DNA of 63,761 bases, filler included, from Raillietiella orientalis (GCA_036172245.1; 3 parts of 3 records of this genome joined end to end with filler, not necessarily neighbours in it); one strand, 5' to 3'; positions 12,492-26,405 are shown, counted from the first letter of the whole stretch. Program-made: numbers and translations. The notes: generated by a model from the letters alone, not told the origin.

Positions 12492-15400
12492 CATCGCTGC
12501 CTTCCAGATGTGAATGGACTTCTGCCGCACGTTGAATCTCTTAGGATACAAGTAGAAATAGATAACTCCTAAGTTGATGACACCGATCTCCTGGGTAGAA
12601 AACCAAACGAAGATTTGGCAGCGTTGTGTTAAGAAATGGCAAAAAAATTCTACTTCTCCTCAATCATCAATAGTACTCGAATCGTGAGGAGTAGCGTGGT
12701 TTTAAATCCCTGCACCACGCAGAATTTCAGGGTGTAATGAAGCTTTCCTTTGTGTGTGATCATTATGATCGCGGAAGGATTCCTCGCCTCGTCGCATAAC
12801 GCCTACTAGACCATAAAGATCACAATCTTTTGATTGCTCACCTTCTCCAGGATGAAATTGGAATTTCGATTTCCTTTGAGTCCACAATTCCTTTAGAACT
12901 CGGGGGGTAAAATGCTGAAAAGTCCGAAATTCAATTGCTGGAAATGTATTATTAGTAAGATATTCTCTTTTGAGAGCGGCTACGTGCAATAGTTGACTTT
13001 CAAAGTGGTAACGAAACGTGGAGCTTTGTGAATTGACCGTGGTGTGCACGAGGTTACACTCTTTCCGGGAACGAACACGCGTTTTTGGAAGGATGTTGGA
13101 ATACCATGGGAGACAGAAACTCCGGCAGAGGCATTGCTCTGGAGAAATGTACCGAAGCTACATTATCTAAACGTAGTCGGGACAGCATATGGCAAGGAAT
13201 ATCTGACCATGAAGAGTAACCTCAATCCGCGGCTTTGCTCGCAGATACTCCGACAGCGGAAAATCAAGTACAGTCTTGGTGGCACGAAAGTGGGAAGAAA
13301 TTCGTAATAAATGATAAATAGGCTGCCTGAATGCAGCGTGTCAGTGCTCCGTGACAGCAAACGGTAGGTCGACGAAAACCTTCCCCATACATCGACCTAT
13401 GCATATCGATGAACGTATATGATTCGGCTCTGGCGTTGTGCAGACATTTGGAATGTTGTCTTCATAAATGCTTTCACTATCTAGGAAAAAAGTCAGATAG
13501 AGAGTGCTTGAGCAGTAGAGATTCCTCTCGATTTAATCCAAACTTCAGGAGAGAGGATCGATTTGAACGTTGTTCAACGGCGATGGTGCATGCAAGTGAA
13601 CATTTGAAAGCTCGCAGGGACCGGACGATCACAGCGAAACAGCAACAACCATGAGGTCAACTCTTTTTCACGAGATCCACTTCATTCCATAACATTCAAC
13701 GTAATGATAAGGGATATGTGAGACAGTAGCTCATAGACGCTGGTTCACGATGGACGCGATCGGCCTTGAGCACATGGAGCACGACAGTGTGCTCTTCTAT
13801 CTAGTCCTTTTTCGGATGCGAACGTGCTGGCAACCTGTTGCCCGTTTGCTTTATCACGACGGAAAGCGCTCTGTCCGACGGTGACGATCGTTCCTGAAGT
13901 GCTCGAAAAAGAAGAACAAAGATTTTAGAGAAAATGGAACCGAGATTAGAAAGTATCCATGGTAACAACGGATGGAGTGAAATGATTTGATTCGGTGAGA
14001 GCATTAAAGAAAGCATTCAACCGTTCAGAAGACGTGCTTTCTAGATGGCACACTACCATGGGATATTCGTGGAGAGCGTTGGGGGCCTCTGCGGGTACTT
14101 GTTGCCACTTTGGGATAAACGGGATTCGTTTTGATGAGAACCGCTCTGTAACGAAGGTGACACTTCAAAGATTCTTCGCTCGGATGACAATCATAAACGA
14201 CATTCGTTTAGCGGAAATAAAGCATTTTCCGCTTAAGTACAGTAAGCTCTCCGAACTGAAAATCAACAGCGAAGATTGCGCTTTGCAGCCCACCCTCCAG
14301 CCGCTTACGGAAGGCTCTTCAGATTGGTACGGGCAAAATGCGTGCCGTGGCGAAATGCGAAATTTCTGCAAACGGAGACCTTTGTGTACTCTGCATGGCG
14401 CAGGAGAAAACTCTGAGCGGGCAAGCTCCCACCTCCATCACCGTTGCACTGCAGCAGTTCTCGGGCCGCGTGGCCGCACTTCCTCACAGGTCCGATGTTG
14501 CCAGCCGACCGCAATTCTCCTAGCAACTAGCATGCTCTTCGAGGCGCGAGCAACAGGTGCTGACAAATCGACTTCTACACGACATCGTTTCCAGAGACTG
14601 TGAATCCTTTTATTCCTGAGAGCTGTGCGTATCCCACGGGGAAAACTGAAACGGAAATGAGCTCTTCCCTGTACCGGAAACTATTGCTGTGCACCGTTTC
14701 AATTGCGCACGGACATTCCCATGCTTCGAAATGTGTGAACCTATTGGTTTCAGTATCTTTCAAGGAACACAGAACAAGCGACGCATTAAGAATACATACA
14801 CCTGTCTCGAGAATGGACTTTTCCATGCTTTTGTAGAAACGAATCGAAAGTTTAAAATTTTTGGATGCTCCGTCAAGTGTGATGAATGTCTCAATCTCTG
14901 GTATTTCCATTCGTATACGCACAAAATAAACATGTCAAGAATGGAAATTAAGATAAGGATTTCCACCGAACATTAGTTTCTTAAGAACTGTGCCACTTAA
15001 GTTTCAGTTCAGAAAGAACACCTCAAGGATTCCCGCCGCCGCTCAGCAGTAGCTTGTCTTCGATTCAAGCATCGCTCAGGCTGTTTGTCTAGTTTCCTAT
15101 CGACGCCGTTATGAAAGCAACAACCTTCAATGTTGAGAGTTAAGAGAGGAAGGATTTGATCCGTTTGCCCCAAGCGAACCAGGAAAATGGAGGTGTTCCT
15201 CTCGAAAGTAAGCGGCCACGAGTTCCTCGAAAGATTGAGCTGATAAATGTGCATACGCACAAACCGAAAACGTGACTCCTGCTTGAATAAAATTCATTAT
15301 CGTGCTAGGCCGCGTTGGAAGATGTACAGCTTTACCATTTCAAACTAAAGGTTTAATCCGCTCATCTACTTTGGAAAACTATCATCTACCAAAGAAGTTT

Positions 15401-17187
15401 CTTAACATTCGCCACATGTTTGATGGGCGTATGTAAGAAAAGTTTTGGTCTCCTACGAAACCCCCTACCAATATTGTGAATCCAGAAACACAGAAAGACA
15501 TCTTCCTATGATTTTGCTTCAAATGATGCTCAACTATATACAACACGTCCCAGCCACGAACAGCTTTCAAAAGGCAAATGATAAAACATATGGAGTATGC
15601 ATAATATTCCTGCAAGTAATAGGTTGCATCATTTTCAAGTTACGCAATAAAAGAATGTTGTGAAAATAAGAATCTTGGTATCCGTAGCTCATTTTCTGCA
15701 ACTAGCATGGATAAAAAAGATTTGCTCTCTCACTACTTTCCGCAAAAGGACTTGTCTCTGCGCCATTCTCGATTTTATTACGGAAGCAGTCCGCGACCGC
15801 AGCACGTAGGTAGCAAGCAAGCGCGGAAAATGCACTTTCGCTACTTGCAAGCCAACGATCCTTAAGAGCACCACGTTGTTGCCATAGGGCACAGAAAAAA
15901 GCTAGGGAAGAGGAGAAGAAGCGGCCACATCGGGATAGAAATAAACGAATGTTTCCTACCTCGTATGCTCACCAAATTGAGTGACATCCCAGTGGGTAAC
16001 AGGGCAACGAAGAGCATCACCACTTTCACCAGCAGCTGCCTGCGTCTTGTGCAATCTGGCCACGCAGTCAGCAAATTTCTGTAGCGTGGGACTGCACGCA
16101 TCGCAATGCCTAAGGCAACCAAATCCAAAATTTATATTTGGCTCCCGAAATCTCGATTCTGCAATTCACTTTGCGACGTAGCAAACCTGGAGGCAAGAGA
16201 CATCTTTTCGATCGCACAGAAATGGCTTTCCTGAACTGCGGAGGATCTGCAATCGGGATGTACTAAAGTTCTGGTAGGATGCGCTCTGCTCTAGAAACGA
16301 GCTTGTTTTCTGAGGGATCATCTTCCTTGCAGCAGTGTTAGTTACGACCTTTGAAAACCTTTCCATGACGACACCACAATAGGCAGCGTCGACGCAATTC
16401 CACTCGAGCTCATTAGCAATCCATGTGCCCGTAAGAAAGAATTTACATTTTCTCAACCAACTTAGTATGATGAGCAAATGTATAACAGGTATAGGAAGTT
16501 TAGAAACATCGAAGATACATTCAAATTACTTCCATTAAATTGTATTGGTGTTTATAAAAAGCCATATATGGGAACATGTAAATAGAATGTCTATGAAGCC
16601 AGAGAATCTATACACTGTTTCAACTTGCCAGTATTGTGGAGAATCTGTGGCAATAAGGAGAAAAAAGGGAAAGTCGTGGAACGAGTTTCTAAAACCCTTC
16701 CCATTTGGCCTTCCGAATTCTTACGTCTGAATTGAATGTAGAAAAAATTTTTCAAGTATTGGGTGAATGACGGTGCTTTCGGAAACGCAAGCGCACGAGG
16801 AATGCATGTGTTCAACATTGTTGAATCCTATGTGTATATTATCTTACTTCTGCTATGTGTCTAGTGATGTACCCAACGAACAAAAACCACAAATACAACT
16901 TCATCTGTTAGCAATCTCAAAGCATAAGTCCAAGCAAATTCCTGAATATGTTCCTGATATGAGCTTGTTAATAAATATTGAGGCTTGGTTATTCCTCTAG
17001 TTTATTTGCTTATTAATAAACATACGAATTTCACTTAAGATTGCCCGGCAACTTTGAAATCCGTAAACTCACTGAACTCCAGAATTTGGATTTGCACACG
17101 AAACTAAATAGCGGATCATCAAACAGAGGACGAAGAAGATGAGCGGACGGCACTCGTGTCAACAGGACGATTCCATTGCTTGTTCCG

Positions 17188-17852
17188 CTACCACCAAATC
17201 AGAAACCTGAAGCAGGGAACAAACGCCACTGGGGAACGAAGGTCGCGACGAAGAAGTACTAACCTGAGATAGAACACTAGCAGTAAATAGGAAATTAGAA
17301 AAAAACACCATATTGCTCCCCATGATAGGCTTGGCGCTTGGGGGTCTCCATCATCGTCACTCTCGCTCGGTAGCATGCCGGCCGCATCCAAAAAACCAAG
17401 TTCGCGATCCCAGCATCGCGAAAGATGACCTGTAATGCAATAAGAGGCATGTTTATTGCTAGAGGATCCGTGCTGCGTGGAGCAGCGTCCGCGTGGACGC
17501 CGTTCTGCTTCGTTGGGGTCGTGCTCCGGCCGGCACGCGAGCGCGTCCATGGCGCCAGACAGCAGCTGCTGCTGATCCGGCTTCCGAGCTGCTAAGTGCT
17601 CCTGCAGGTGCTCCTGGTATCGCTCCATCTGCACTGCAGGTGTCTCCTCATGCTGGTGCTCCTGAACGGCGTACCCCGCAAGAAGTTGCTCTATCAGCTC
17701 CGCGCTTTGCTCTTCTTCGGGCACCTCGACGATGGTGAGAAGCTTCGTGCGGTGTATGAAATACCAGCGGAGGAAGCGTCTGTTCTGGAGTAGAAGGCGT
17801 AGATAGATCCTAGTCCGCTTTCGTAGCGTAGGATTTGCTGATTTCTTCGGCA
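17188..17852 (-). CDS. Hypothetical protein, copy 2 of the 4443-4946 ORF
   Basis: MPKKSANPTLRKRTRIYLRLLLQNRRFLRWYFIHRTKLLTIVEVPEEEQ...; frame open, C-terminus differs from copy 1. Confidence 0.4.
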
Positions 17853-20800
17853 TACCTGGAAGAAACAATCATAGAGAGAAACATCAATCCACTTCCTTGG
17901 TACGCTGAGGGAGTTCAGCTGTCACACAGGTGAGCTAGGCTGTGGCGATTTTTCGTGAACAGGTGGCGAGCATTGCACGGAAAGTTTGGCTTCTTCCGCG
18001 TTCGAATGGCGTCAAAAGCAAGTTCGCCCGCGCACGGTCTGCTGCTGGCACAATCCGCAGACGCGAGCAGCCGCCGAACGCTGACAGGGGTGTTCAACGT
18101 GAGCGAGGGCGGCCAGCGGTGCACTGGCCGCGCACTCCATACTGCTGACTGAGGTCCACTTGGAAGCGGTACTCACAGCTGGAGGCTGAGGTGGATCCGA
18201 GAGCCCGATGGTCCGCCTTGCGTGCAGTCGAAACGTTTGAAGAACAGTAATCGTGCAGGACGCGAGACAAGAGAGAACACAGTCCGTCGTATTCTGAAAG
18301 TATTTCTCGAATGCTGGAAAATTCCAATTCGTGATCCGCCAATAGAATTATAAACGACGATGCCATGATGTGTGTCGTCAAGGCAGCGAGACCAATGTTC
18401 TGCTGGATATGAGTGCACGTAACGTTAGCGCGACCGGTGTTCCGCGGGCAGCGAACCGCGCCTGCGCGCTGGCGAGCAGTTGAGGAGCCGCATACGCTGT
18501 ATCTCAGTCAGTTGTGGGCCGCCGAGAACGAAGCTCTGCGCCCGCCTCCGCGTTCCAACCGCGAACGCGTATTTGGGATCTCGTTGTAGAAGGCGCTCCA
18601 TGAGGGTCTCTTGTGGCTGCTGGAATACCGCGACTTAGGGTTTAGCTACGTAGTTGCCACGGGAAGGTTTCGTTTCCTCGCATCATGCGACCGCATTTAC
18701 ACTGCAAATCGATTGAACTCTTATTCCAGAATTTTGCAATTTTACCATTAGTGTTGTTGCCGAATTCACTTGAATTTATTTTTGAATGGAGGAATTGTGA
18801 AATGATTGGAAGCGAATCCTTCACAAAGTTCCCTCCTTTCCAGCGTTACGACCAAGCGAATGCAAATTCATGACTGTTTTACTGTGATATTCCGAGAGAT
18901 AGTGGGATGCACGTTGCTCTTAAAGATGAGGATAAAGATAAGGGCGGGTCAAAGGCTTTGGGGTTAAGGCTTTTGTGCATGGCACGATGCGTCGCCAAAT
19001 CGAAGGATATGGCAGAAAATGACGCAACTGCGTCGTTGGGTTACGAGTTTCTCCTGCAATGGCGATGGGAGTACGATGAAATTCGGTCGGGGCACCGATG
19101 GTAGTTTAAGCCGGAGACTTCTCATGAACCCCGGAACAATGGCAGTCGACCTTTGAGTCCTTTCACGATTCCAGGGAGTGGGGAGTTCGCCATCCGGTTG
19201 TACAATGGACAACAGACCCCTTAGCGGGGGTCAAATCCGATTCATCGCCTCATTTCATAGTGCAATGTAAGGCACCTCTAGCAAGAGCACGCAAGGGCTC
19301 CTCTCCTAGTAGTTAGCTGGAGCGGACCGCCCTCAGCGGTGGTACGCTTCCTATCATGCTCTTCACAAAGAGCAAGAGAAGGAACATGGAGCAAGAGCCT
19401 TCGCGGGTTTCTCTCCCTAGTTGTTCGATGGAGCGGATCCTGCTCAGCCGAGGATATACCCACCGATTCGTCGCGTCTCCACCGAGTGCACAAGGAAGGA
19501 AGCGAGAGCGAGTACCTACAAGCAAGCGCCGAGCCGCTTCGGAGTTTCTGAAGCATGCTTTCGGGGTTCTCTTCAGAAGAGTGAACAGGAACGGTTCCAT
19601 TGCGGTTTACCTACGAAGCAGAAATTCTCCCAAAGTGAGTTTCTCCGGGTTCCCATTGGAGAAGTTGAAATGGAGAGGACCACCTTACACAAGGGTGATG
19701 AGCCTTCGAAGAAGTTTTAATCAGACAATTTAAAACGGACAGGACAGCCATGCCCATTGAGGAGGGAGGGAGCGTTACGAGAGAAAGAGAAAGGAGACAA
19801 CTAGGGTGGGAGGTGAGATCACCATGGCTGAGAGAGGAACGGACTCCGAGATCTTTTTGGATTCATATCCATAGCTTCTTCTAAGGTGCTCTATCTTCTA
19901 GAAAACATCGGCCCTTGCCTTAGACGGAGAGCCGTGGTAACAAAACACTGTGTTCAAAAAAGTAACGTGCGCCTTACGGCACGCGACAGGCTCATTTGGA
20001 ATATTTCGCGAACGGAAACAAAGAAAACTGGAGAAGAAAAGAAGGAACAAATTAGGCAAACTCTAGGATTAGTTTGGCTTCCCAATAACAAGGAAAGAAA
20101 GTTAAAAACGGAACCACATTGAAAAGAGAATGGAAAATCTAGTGTTACAGGCGCACAGTGGAGAGAACCGTCATCTTGCTGATTGCGAATTCATATGAAT
20201 CGAGACTGTTCATCACCTGCAGCCCACCTACAAACCTGGGAAAGGGTTCCCCGAAACTTAGCAGTTCGGTTCTCGGATCATCTAGGCGTCAATGAAGAAA
20301 TGTTCTTCCGTAGTAAGGACTCAGACACTTGAGGCTGCTTGTGACCAAGCCGCTTATGAATTGCGCAACAACCGTCCAATGATGCGAACATTGCAGCACT
20401 TGGAGAAAGCTGAGGGAAAGTCGCCGATCTTTGATTCCATGAGTTGCTGATGAGAAACCGCGTTCTTCGTCAGAATGCAAAGCGACACATTATCCGTATC
20501 CACGGCGAGAAAACCGCCAGGGTGTTGACACGTCAATATGCACAGTTAAACGCAGGGGTACAAAGGAATCGACGCATCCACTTTTCAGCAGGAAGAATCC
20601 GTTGATATGAATAGATGCATGTGAGCATCGGACACGTGTCTTGAGTTCCATCGACTTTAATAACCAAAACATCAAGTCCATTATCGCACTTGGTACATGG
20701 AATTTTGAGTTCATTCGTAATCGAAGGCACGTAAGTTGCTTTGCAGCAATCGAGAATCGTGAAAGTACTGGTAGAAAGAAAAGGACCGTAAAGTATTGAC

Positions 20801-22374
20801 ACATTCGTTCCTCCATATGTATTCAAGTTGATGATAATAGGCTGTTGGTTAGATAGTCCGCGAGTGAAAATCATATCACCATTAGTAGCCTGCTATCAAC
20901 CAGACAGAAATAGCGCCATATCGAGGGATGGATGGCGCACATCAAGCACTTTGGAAGACCCTTAACTTCCAATAGAGAGTTTGCGAGCGGCGTGTTCCAA
21001 TGTCGAAGAAACTTGCATGAGACATTGCGGTTGGTGGCTTCCTTAATTGCCGGGTTGTATCTATGCTCCCAAAAGATTGCGTTTTGCATCCGCGGAGCGC
21101 CTTATTTCCACACTTCTTCATCTCGGCACCAGGTTGATGGATATCTGGAGAGCAACTCAAGCACGTGGAAAGAGCGGAGTTGGTTCGCATCATGTTCTTG
21201 CGTGTGAAAACTCTCAAGTGACTTGGTTTATGAGTGCCTTTTGTGCGGTTACGTACAGGGACCCGCCGTGAAAGTAACAGGACGTGTGTGCGATGGCGGA
21301 TCGCAACGTAATAGGGAGGCTCTACAGAATGTTCCCACTTTTCCACATCATCTACTTCGAAACGACGATGGCAGCACACCAATTTACTCAGAGACCGCTT
21401 GCGACTATTAGACCCAACAAATTGTTGGGGGCTTCTGGAAGCAAAATCCGTCCGGAGGTTCCACTTTTGCTAGAGAACACCTGCATCTTCAGCGTCTAAG
21501 CTAACTGAGGTTTGACACCTCCGTCACAAGCATCACGATGCGAATGACAGTTGCCGTCGCAAACGGTATGAGCATCTCGAAAGATGTGAACCGTGCAGAG
21601 CCGCAACTCACAATTTGGTTTCTCCAGATAGTCTAAACCGTTGCCATTTACGCCCGAGAGGCACGAGGCCAAGTGCGTGCTGCAGAACAGATTCTGAATC
21701 CGCTTCTTGCTTTCCGTGGAACGTCCAATCCCAGAAGAGCGCCTGATCTTGATGGAATATGCATCCGAGTGTGTTTCTCAAGAACACGAGGTTATGCAGG
21801 CTACAATCAAGTTCACAGAAAAGTTCAAATCTGAAAATAGTGAAATGTGGAAAGAAGAATGTGTGTTGGAGGTATGCAATTCTTGTTGACATTTCCGAGT
21901 ACCACACGTAAGCTATGATCATTTCTGAAAGCGAGAACCAAAGCAAATAACCAACCGCTATTCTCTAGGACAGCATGAAACGCGTTCCCTGCATACGTGC
22001 GTCAACTGTAGCTATGCATACGGCAATGCTCACTGCTTCTGACCATGAGCAAAAGGAGCAAGTTGCGCGGAGGGAAAATACATCGTCAATGCACAGTGCC
22101 AACGTACATTCACGTAAGACCACATCGCGGTGGTGATTCTATCCCCACGAAGACTTCTGTCTACATGGATCACGGGTCATACACATGCAACTTCAAGAGG
22201 CGCAGCGACTGCTAAGCAAACTGGCAGGGGAAGGATTACCATTGTCAAAATCCTCATTCTTCATCCTTTGCACATCAAGAACTCGAAAATACCCAACAGC
22301 CAAGGTACCCATGAACAAAAAGCATCAGCCACTTAATCATTATCTCTCTCCATTATTCTCTATCCATAATCCCA

Positions 22375-22430
22375 GCCTCCATAGTTTAATTGAAACATTG
22401 ATTTTGTAAATCAAAAAAAAATAAAATGCA
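22375..22430 (+). tRNA. trnT: Mitochondrial-type T-armless tRNA-Thr(TGT) pseudogene (NUMT copy 2)
   Basis: TTGAT-TTTGTAA-ATCAA anticodon arm with TGT; D-arm GTTT/AAAC; acceptor stem degraded. Confidence 0.8.
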
Positions 22431-22474
22431 ATAACCTTTCATCAAGACATAATCCTTCAACACCCAAAATTACT

Positions 22475-23423
22475 ATTCTCATAAACAAATTTTTGACATC
22501 ATATACCCCCCCATTCTTTCCATCAAATCATACCCATTCATTCTTCCCATCGCTACTTTCCCTCCCGACAATAAGAAATAAAACACACAATATAATAAAA
22601 CACCCCAACACAGATATATCTACTTATCATAACAATAACGAGGCAATACCCATCGGAATCAAATAATCACATACATTACAAATAAAGTTTTGATTCTCAC
22701 CATATAACAACCTCCTAAAAATAAACTACTCGTATTCAAACTTCAATAAACGATAAATCCATATTCCGACAAAAATAAAAAAAGCAAACAATATACCACC
22801 ATACTTTGCATTATATCCAGACACCAACTCAGATTCACTTTCCAGAAAATCATACGGTAAAAGATTAACTTCTACTAAACATACAACAATCCATACAATT
22901 AATCCACCCGCCCTACAAAACACTAACCAGCTCTCTACCTCCACATCTAATTCATATCCACCCAAATATACTACTATACCCATTAATACAACAATCATAC
23001 ATACTTCATAAGAAATCATCTGAGCTACTGAACGCACCACAGCAACATACCTATATTTCCTATTACTAGCTCAGCCACCCATTAATTCTCCACATATCCT
23101 AACTGCTAAATAACACACAAACAACAGTAAACCTATGATTTCCCCCACCAATCCCAGACTTCTAGGATAAATCACTCACATTCCTACCATCACTGACTCC
23201 ATAATCAACGGACCCAACTTATAACCAACTCTATTTCTACCCATTACATCATAATGTTCCTTATTCAACAGTTTTAACCATCAACAATAGGCTGAAAAAT
23301 ACCAACCCCTACTTTACCCGGCCTCTCGAGTCATTGTACTCCTAAAACCTTAGGCTCAACCAAAGTCACGAAAGACACACTAACCAATACCAGTAACATC
23401 GCAAATATTCTCTGAATGATCAT
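22475..23423 (-). pseudogene. nad1: NUMT copy 2: nad1 pseudogene
   Basis: RSVAQMISYEVCMIVVLMG...EVNLLPYDFLESESELVSGYN; frameshifts and stops; followed by the rrnL 3' end up to the gap. Confidence 0.95.
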
Positions 23424-23581
23424 TAACACGTTCAACTTTCAAAATATCTGAAATTTCCAATGATTATTTCTAAGAAAGTCTAACTACTCAAAGAATTCTT
23501 TAAATCATGAATATTAAAATTTTCCTTTACCCAAAAAATATTTTAACTTTCCAATTCTTTCGTACTAACAAAACACGTTAT

Positions 23582-23681
23582 NNNNNNNNNNNNNNNNNNN
23601 NNNNNNNNNNNNNNNNNNNNNNNNNTTAATTAATTAANNNNNNNNNNNNNNNNNNNNNNNNNNNNNNNNNNNNNNNNNNNN
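23582..23681. other. Artificial contig linker (N44-TTAATTAATTAA-N44)
   Basis: Exactly 100 bp with a six-frame stop 12-mer in the middle; identical to the second gap. Confidence 0.98.
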
Positions 23682-24439
23682 TCTCAAGTACAGCCAACCG
23701 GAACGACCGTAGGCTTCTTCCTGTTTACTCCCACGCCCTCCCAGTAAACTTTCGCCGAATTGACCATGATATGTGTGCCAATGCGGAGAACCTCAGTCAT
23801 TTACATTGGTCTAACGAGCAAAAAGCTGCTGTTGATATTATTAGGGAGCCGGATTCCTGACTTTGCTAAATGGATGATTGGGATACTGTTTGCCGTAGAG
23901 GTTCTTGAAGTAGGTGACAAGGACGACGGGAAGCAAAGGGTGGGAACGTGGAAAGAAGCATTGTCGTTGCTTGTGGAAAGTGCTGATGATTCTATGCACA
24001 AACATTAACTTATGAAAGAGGCATACTCTTCTTAAGCAGATAAACACAAACTTGAGCGGACCAATCTGAATATCCAGAGCAATCTGCTGAAAAAGAAAAC
24101 GAGCACACGGGTGGAGAACGGACGCACGTTTTAGAAACCGGGAACTTCGCTGCTCGAAGGCGTGCCAAGATGACGTTGGCTGATTTCTGCACTTTTGCTG
24201 GTCATTTGCCGCTTTTTGCTCACCTCCACCATTAAGAGGGAGTCCTCTCGTTCCTATATAATGCCGATCCTTGTGAGATGACAAGGATCATCCATCTCAC
24301 GATCGTCTTCCGATGTTGACTTCATGTTCAGGTTTTCAGGGACCTCGATTTCTATGGTAATCAACGCACAACTCAATGGTAGGACGCTTGGTTCCATCTC
24401 GAAAGAACCTGTGGAGAACCGGCTCGCAGGCCGCCGCGT

Positions 24440-25030
24440 TTCGCTTCGGCACCAGAAGGAAACGGGAAAAGAAAACGACAACAAAAGAAAAATGGCTACA
24501 TGAAATAGGGATGGGTTTTGCAAAGGGATCATCGGATGGTGGAGGGTGTCCTCTGCATCGTTGTCAGCATGCCGGCACCTTCCTCCTTCAAGACTCCCAG
24601 ATGGAGCGCCATCTTGACGCCATCCACACGGAAAAAACGGTCAGCAAGACGTCGTCATTATCGTTGTGACCCCCTCTTTGGTTGCAGCATGCTACCAGGA
24701 TCCCTCGAATGCAGCAAACTGCAGCTTCGAATGCGGCCGGCGTGATGACGTCCGGCAGGAAGATGCGCACTGTATTGTGTCCGGGGATGCCCTTGGGGTT
24801 CCTGCAACACGCAACAAATTCTTCCTGCAGGGGATCGAAGTCAACACAATCCAAAACCAGTTGTGGTAGAGACTCTCAATCGCGCGCGCTCATGAGCTGC
24901 ACGCTCCCGGGTCGCAAGGTATGGGCGGGCGTCGCACATGTGGCCCCAATGCAGCGCAATAAATTTAGAAAATCTCAGCGGACACGCCGTCTTCTTCTGG
25001 AGCTACACGCCTCTTCAGGTTTTCGATAGC
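24440..25030 (-). mobile_element. 3' fragment of L1/Tx1-like ORF2 (decayed zf-RVT plus U-rich 3' UTR) within the left arm
   Basis: ESLPQLVLDCV...AAVCCIRGIL matches ETFPHMILECV...AVLCCIRGIL of the contig 3 elements. Confidence 0.75.
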
Positions 25031-25252
25031 GGTGATTGTTTTTCCTTGCGTGAGAGGCTCGTCATGGATTCTTCTATGCTCTTCCGCGATCGGTGAGTCC
25101 CTGGCTCAAAGGCTCCCTACAGCTACCAGCAGACTACAGTCTGCTCTCACCTGGACACCCTCGCACGAAGCGGAACAATCACTCTCTTTTGCTCTGCGAT
25201 AAGTAACGGACGGAACAAGGAATCAGCCGGCACGCGAGCACCACGTGGAACC

Positions 25253-25309
25253 GAGGTACGCTACGAACCCTAGGCACGAGAGAGGTACGCTACGAACCCT
25301 AGGCACGAG
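25253..25309 (+). repeat. 29-bp tandem duplication present only in the left arm
   Basis: GAGGTACGCTACGAACCCTAGGCACGAG(A) twice; single copy at ~45664-45691; mirror coordinate sum shifts from 70944 to 70973. Confidence 0.95.
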
Positions 25310-25645
25310 CCAGGGTCCGTTTCTCGCTGATCCGCACACGCGGCGGGCGCTCCGATTTCGCGTCACTGCGCCCTTCCGCTGTTTCCTCAGTTCTCCGACT
25401 CGCAGTCGAATGAAGCGCCATCCGCCCCGCCCGCGGCGAGGATAATCGCGGCGCTAGGCAGTTCGCAGGTTGGTGGTCGTTGGAGGTCGCGGTTGGGTGA
25501 TCGTGTTTGAACCAGTGGCCGATTCCGCGCTTTGCGAGGAGAGGAAAAGCATCCCCCCCTCCCCTGTTGAGCCAACAAGAAGAAAAACCATGGAAACATT
25601 CGTTCGGTTGGAATTCATTTCGAAAGGAAAACGAAGAAGGGCGAC

Positions 25646-25939
25646 ATGAAGTTTCGAGGCGCCGGCAGGGAGTGCCAGCAGAAATATGGGAAAGTCCTGC
25701 GTGGGATGCGGCAAAGGATAGACCGGTTGATCGACGAGATCAAGGTCGTTTCGCGAAAAGGGAAGGAAATCCCTGCTGCGGATATTGCGGACAGAGAGCG
25801 GAGGATCGAAAGGACTCTGGGATTCAAAAAGAAAACAACGAGAAGCCTTTACTGTTACCAGAACGTGGAAAAGGAGCTCAAGGAGAGACTAGGGAGCGAA
25901 GGATCCTCGCCTACCCCTTGGTTACTGACCAGGTTGTAA
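25646..25939 (+). CDS. Hypothetical basic/helical 97-aa ORF or exon (mirrored at 45034-45327)
   Basis: ATG start and amphipathic helical composition (LRGMRQRIDRLIDEIKVV; YQNVEKELKERLG); its 3' ~125 bp recurs at ~26232-26353. No family recognised. Confidence 0.35.
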   Translation: MKFRGAGRECQQKYGKVLRGMRQRIDRLIDEIKVVSRKGKEIPAADIADRERRIERTLGFKKKTTRSLYCYQNVEKELKERLGSEGSSPTPWLLTRL

Positions 25940-26357
25940 TCAATGCACCGATGGATGATGTCGACTTCGTTGTCCATCGTTGCGTAGAGAAAAGAAGTTG
26001 CCGATTTGGGTCTTCAAGCGCCGGGAGGTGCTCGAAAACTGCTTCCTCTGCGGTTCCTTTTTCCCCAGCATCGTCCCTGTCCTGTCATAAAATCACATGT
26101 GATGTCAGAAACTTCCTAAACTAACAGCCTACGACGCCCGACCTATTTCACACCCAGGTGCGCGCAAAACAGAATATCTTAAAGAGCCTTCCGTATTCAC
26201 GCATTGCATCAAACGTGAGAGTGTTGATGAAAAGGACACAGATTCAGAAAGATAATAACCAAAAGTTTTTACCGTTTGCAGAACGTGGGAAAGGAGCTGA
26301 AGGAGAGACTAGGAAGGAAGGGAACTCTGCCTATCCCTTGGTTACTGACCAGGCACC

Positions 26358-26405
26358 GATATCCATGATATCCATGATATCCATTGATATCCATTGATAT
26401 CCATG
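26358..26405 (+). repeat. GATATCCAT(T) 9-10 bp minisatellite
   Basis: Five units in the left arm versus six (as ATGGATATC) at ~44540-44595 in the right arm. Confidence 0.9.

Larger units (their letters stand above)
12492..23581. repeat. Tandem segmental duplication, copy 2 (truncated by assembly gap)
   Basis: Same order and orientation as copy 1, with many substitutions and extra segments (e.g. ~14155-14255, ~14540-14600, ~19405-19490). Homology to copy 1 is visible from ~12765; 12492-12765 is assumed to match sequence left of the window. Confidence 0.93.

Noticed and set aside
23626..23637. TTAATTAATTAA palindrome (also 47276-47287) as a biological site or piggyBac-like TSD around the inverted-repeat contig
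   Set aside because: It is centred in exactly 44+44 Ns at both gaps, so it is an assembly linker.
25253..26405. CRISPR-like array from the 29-bp and 9-bp repeats
   Set aside because: The repeats are directly adjacent with no spacers, and there are no cas genes.
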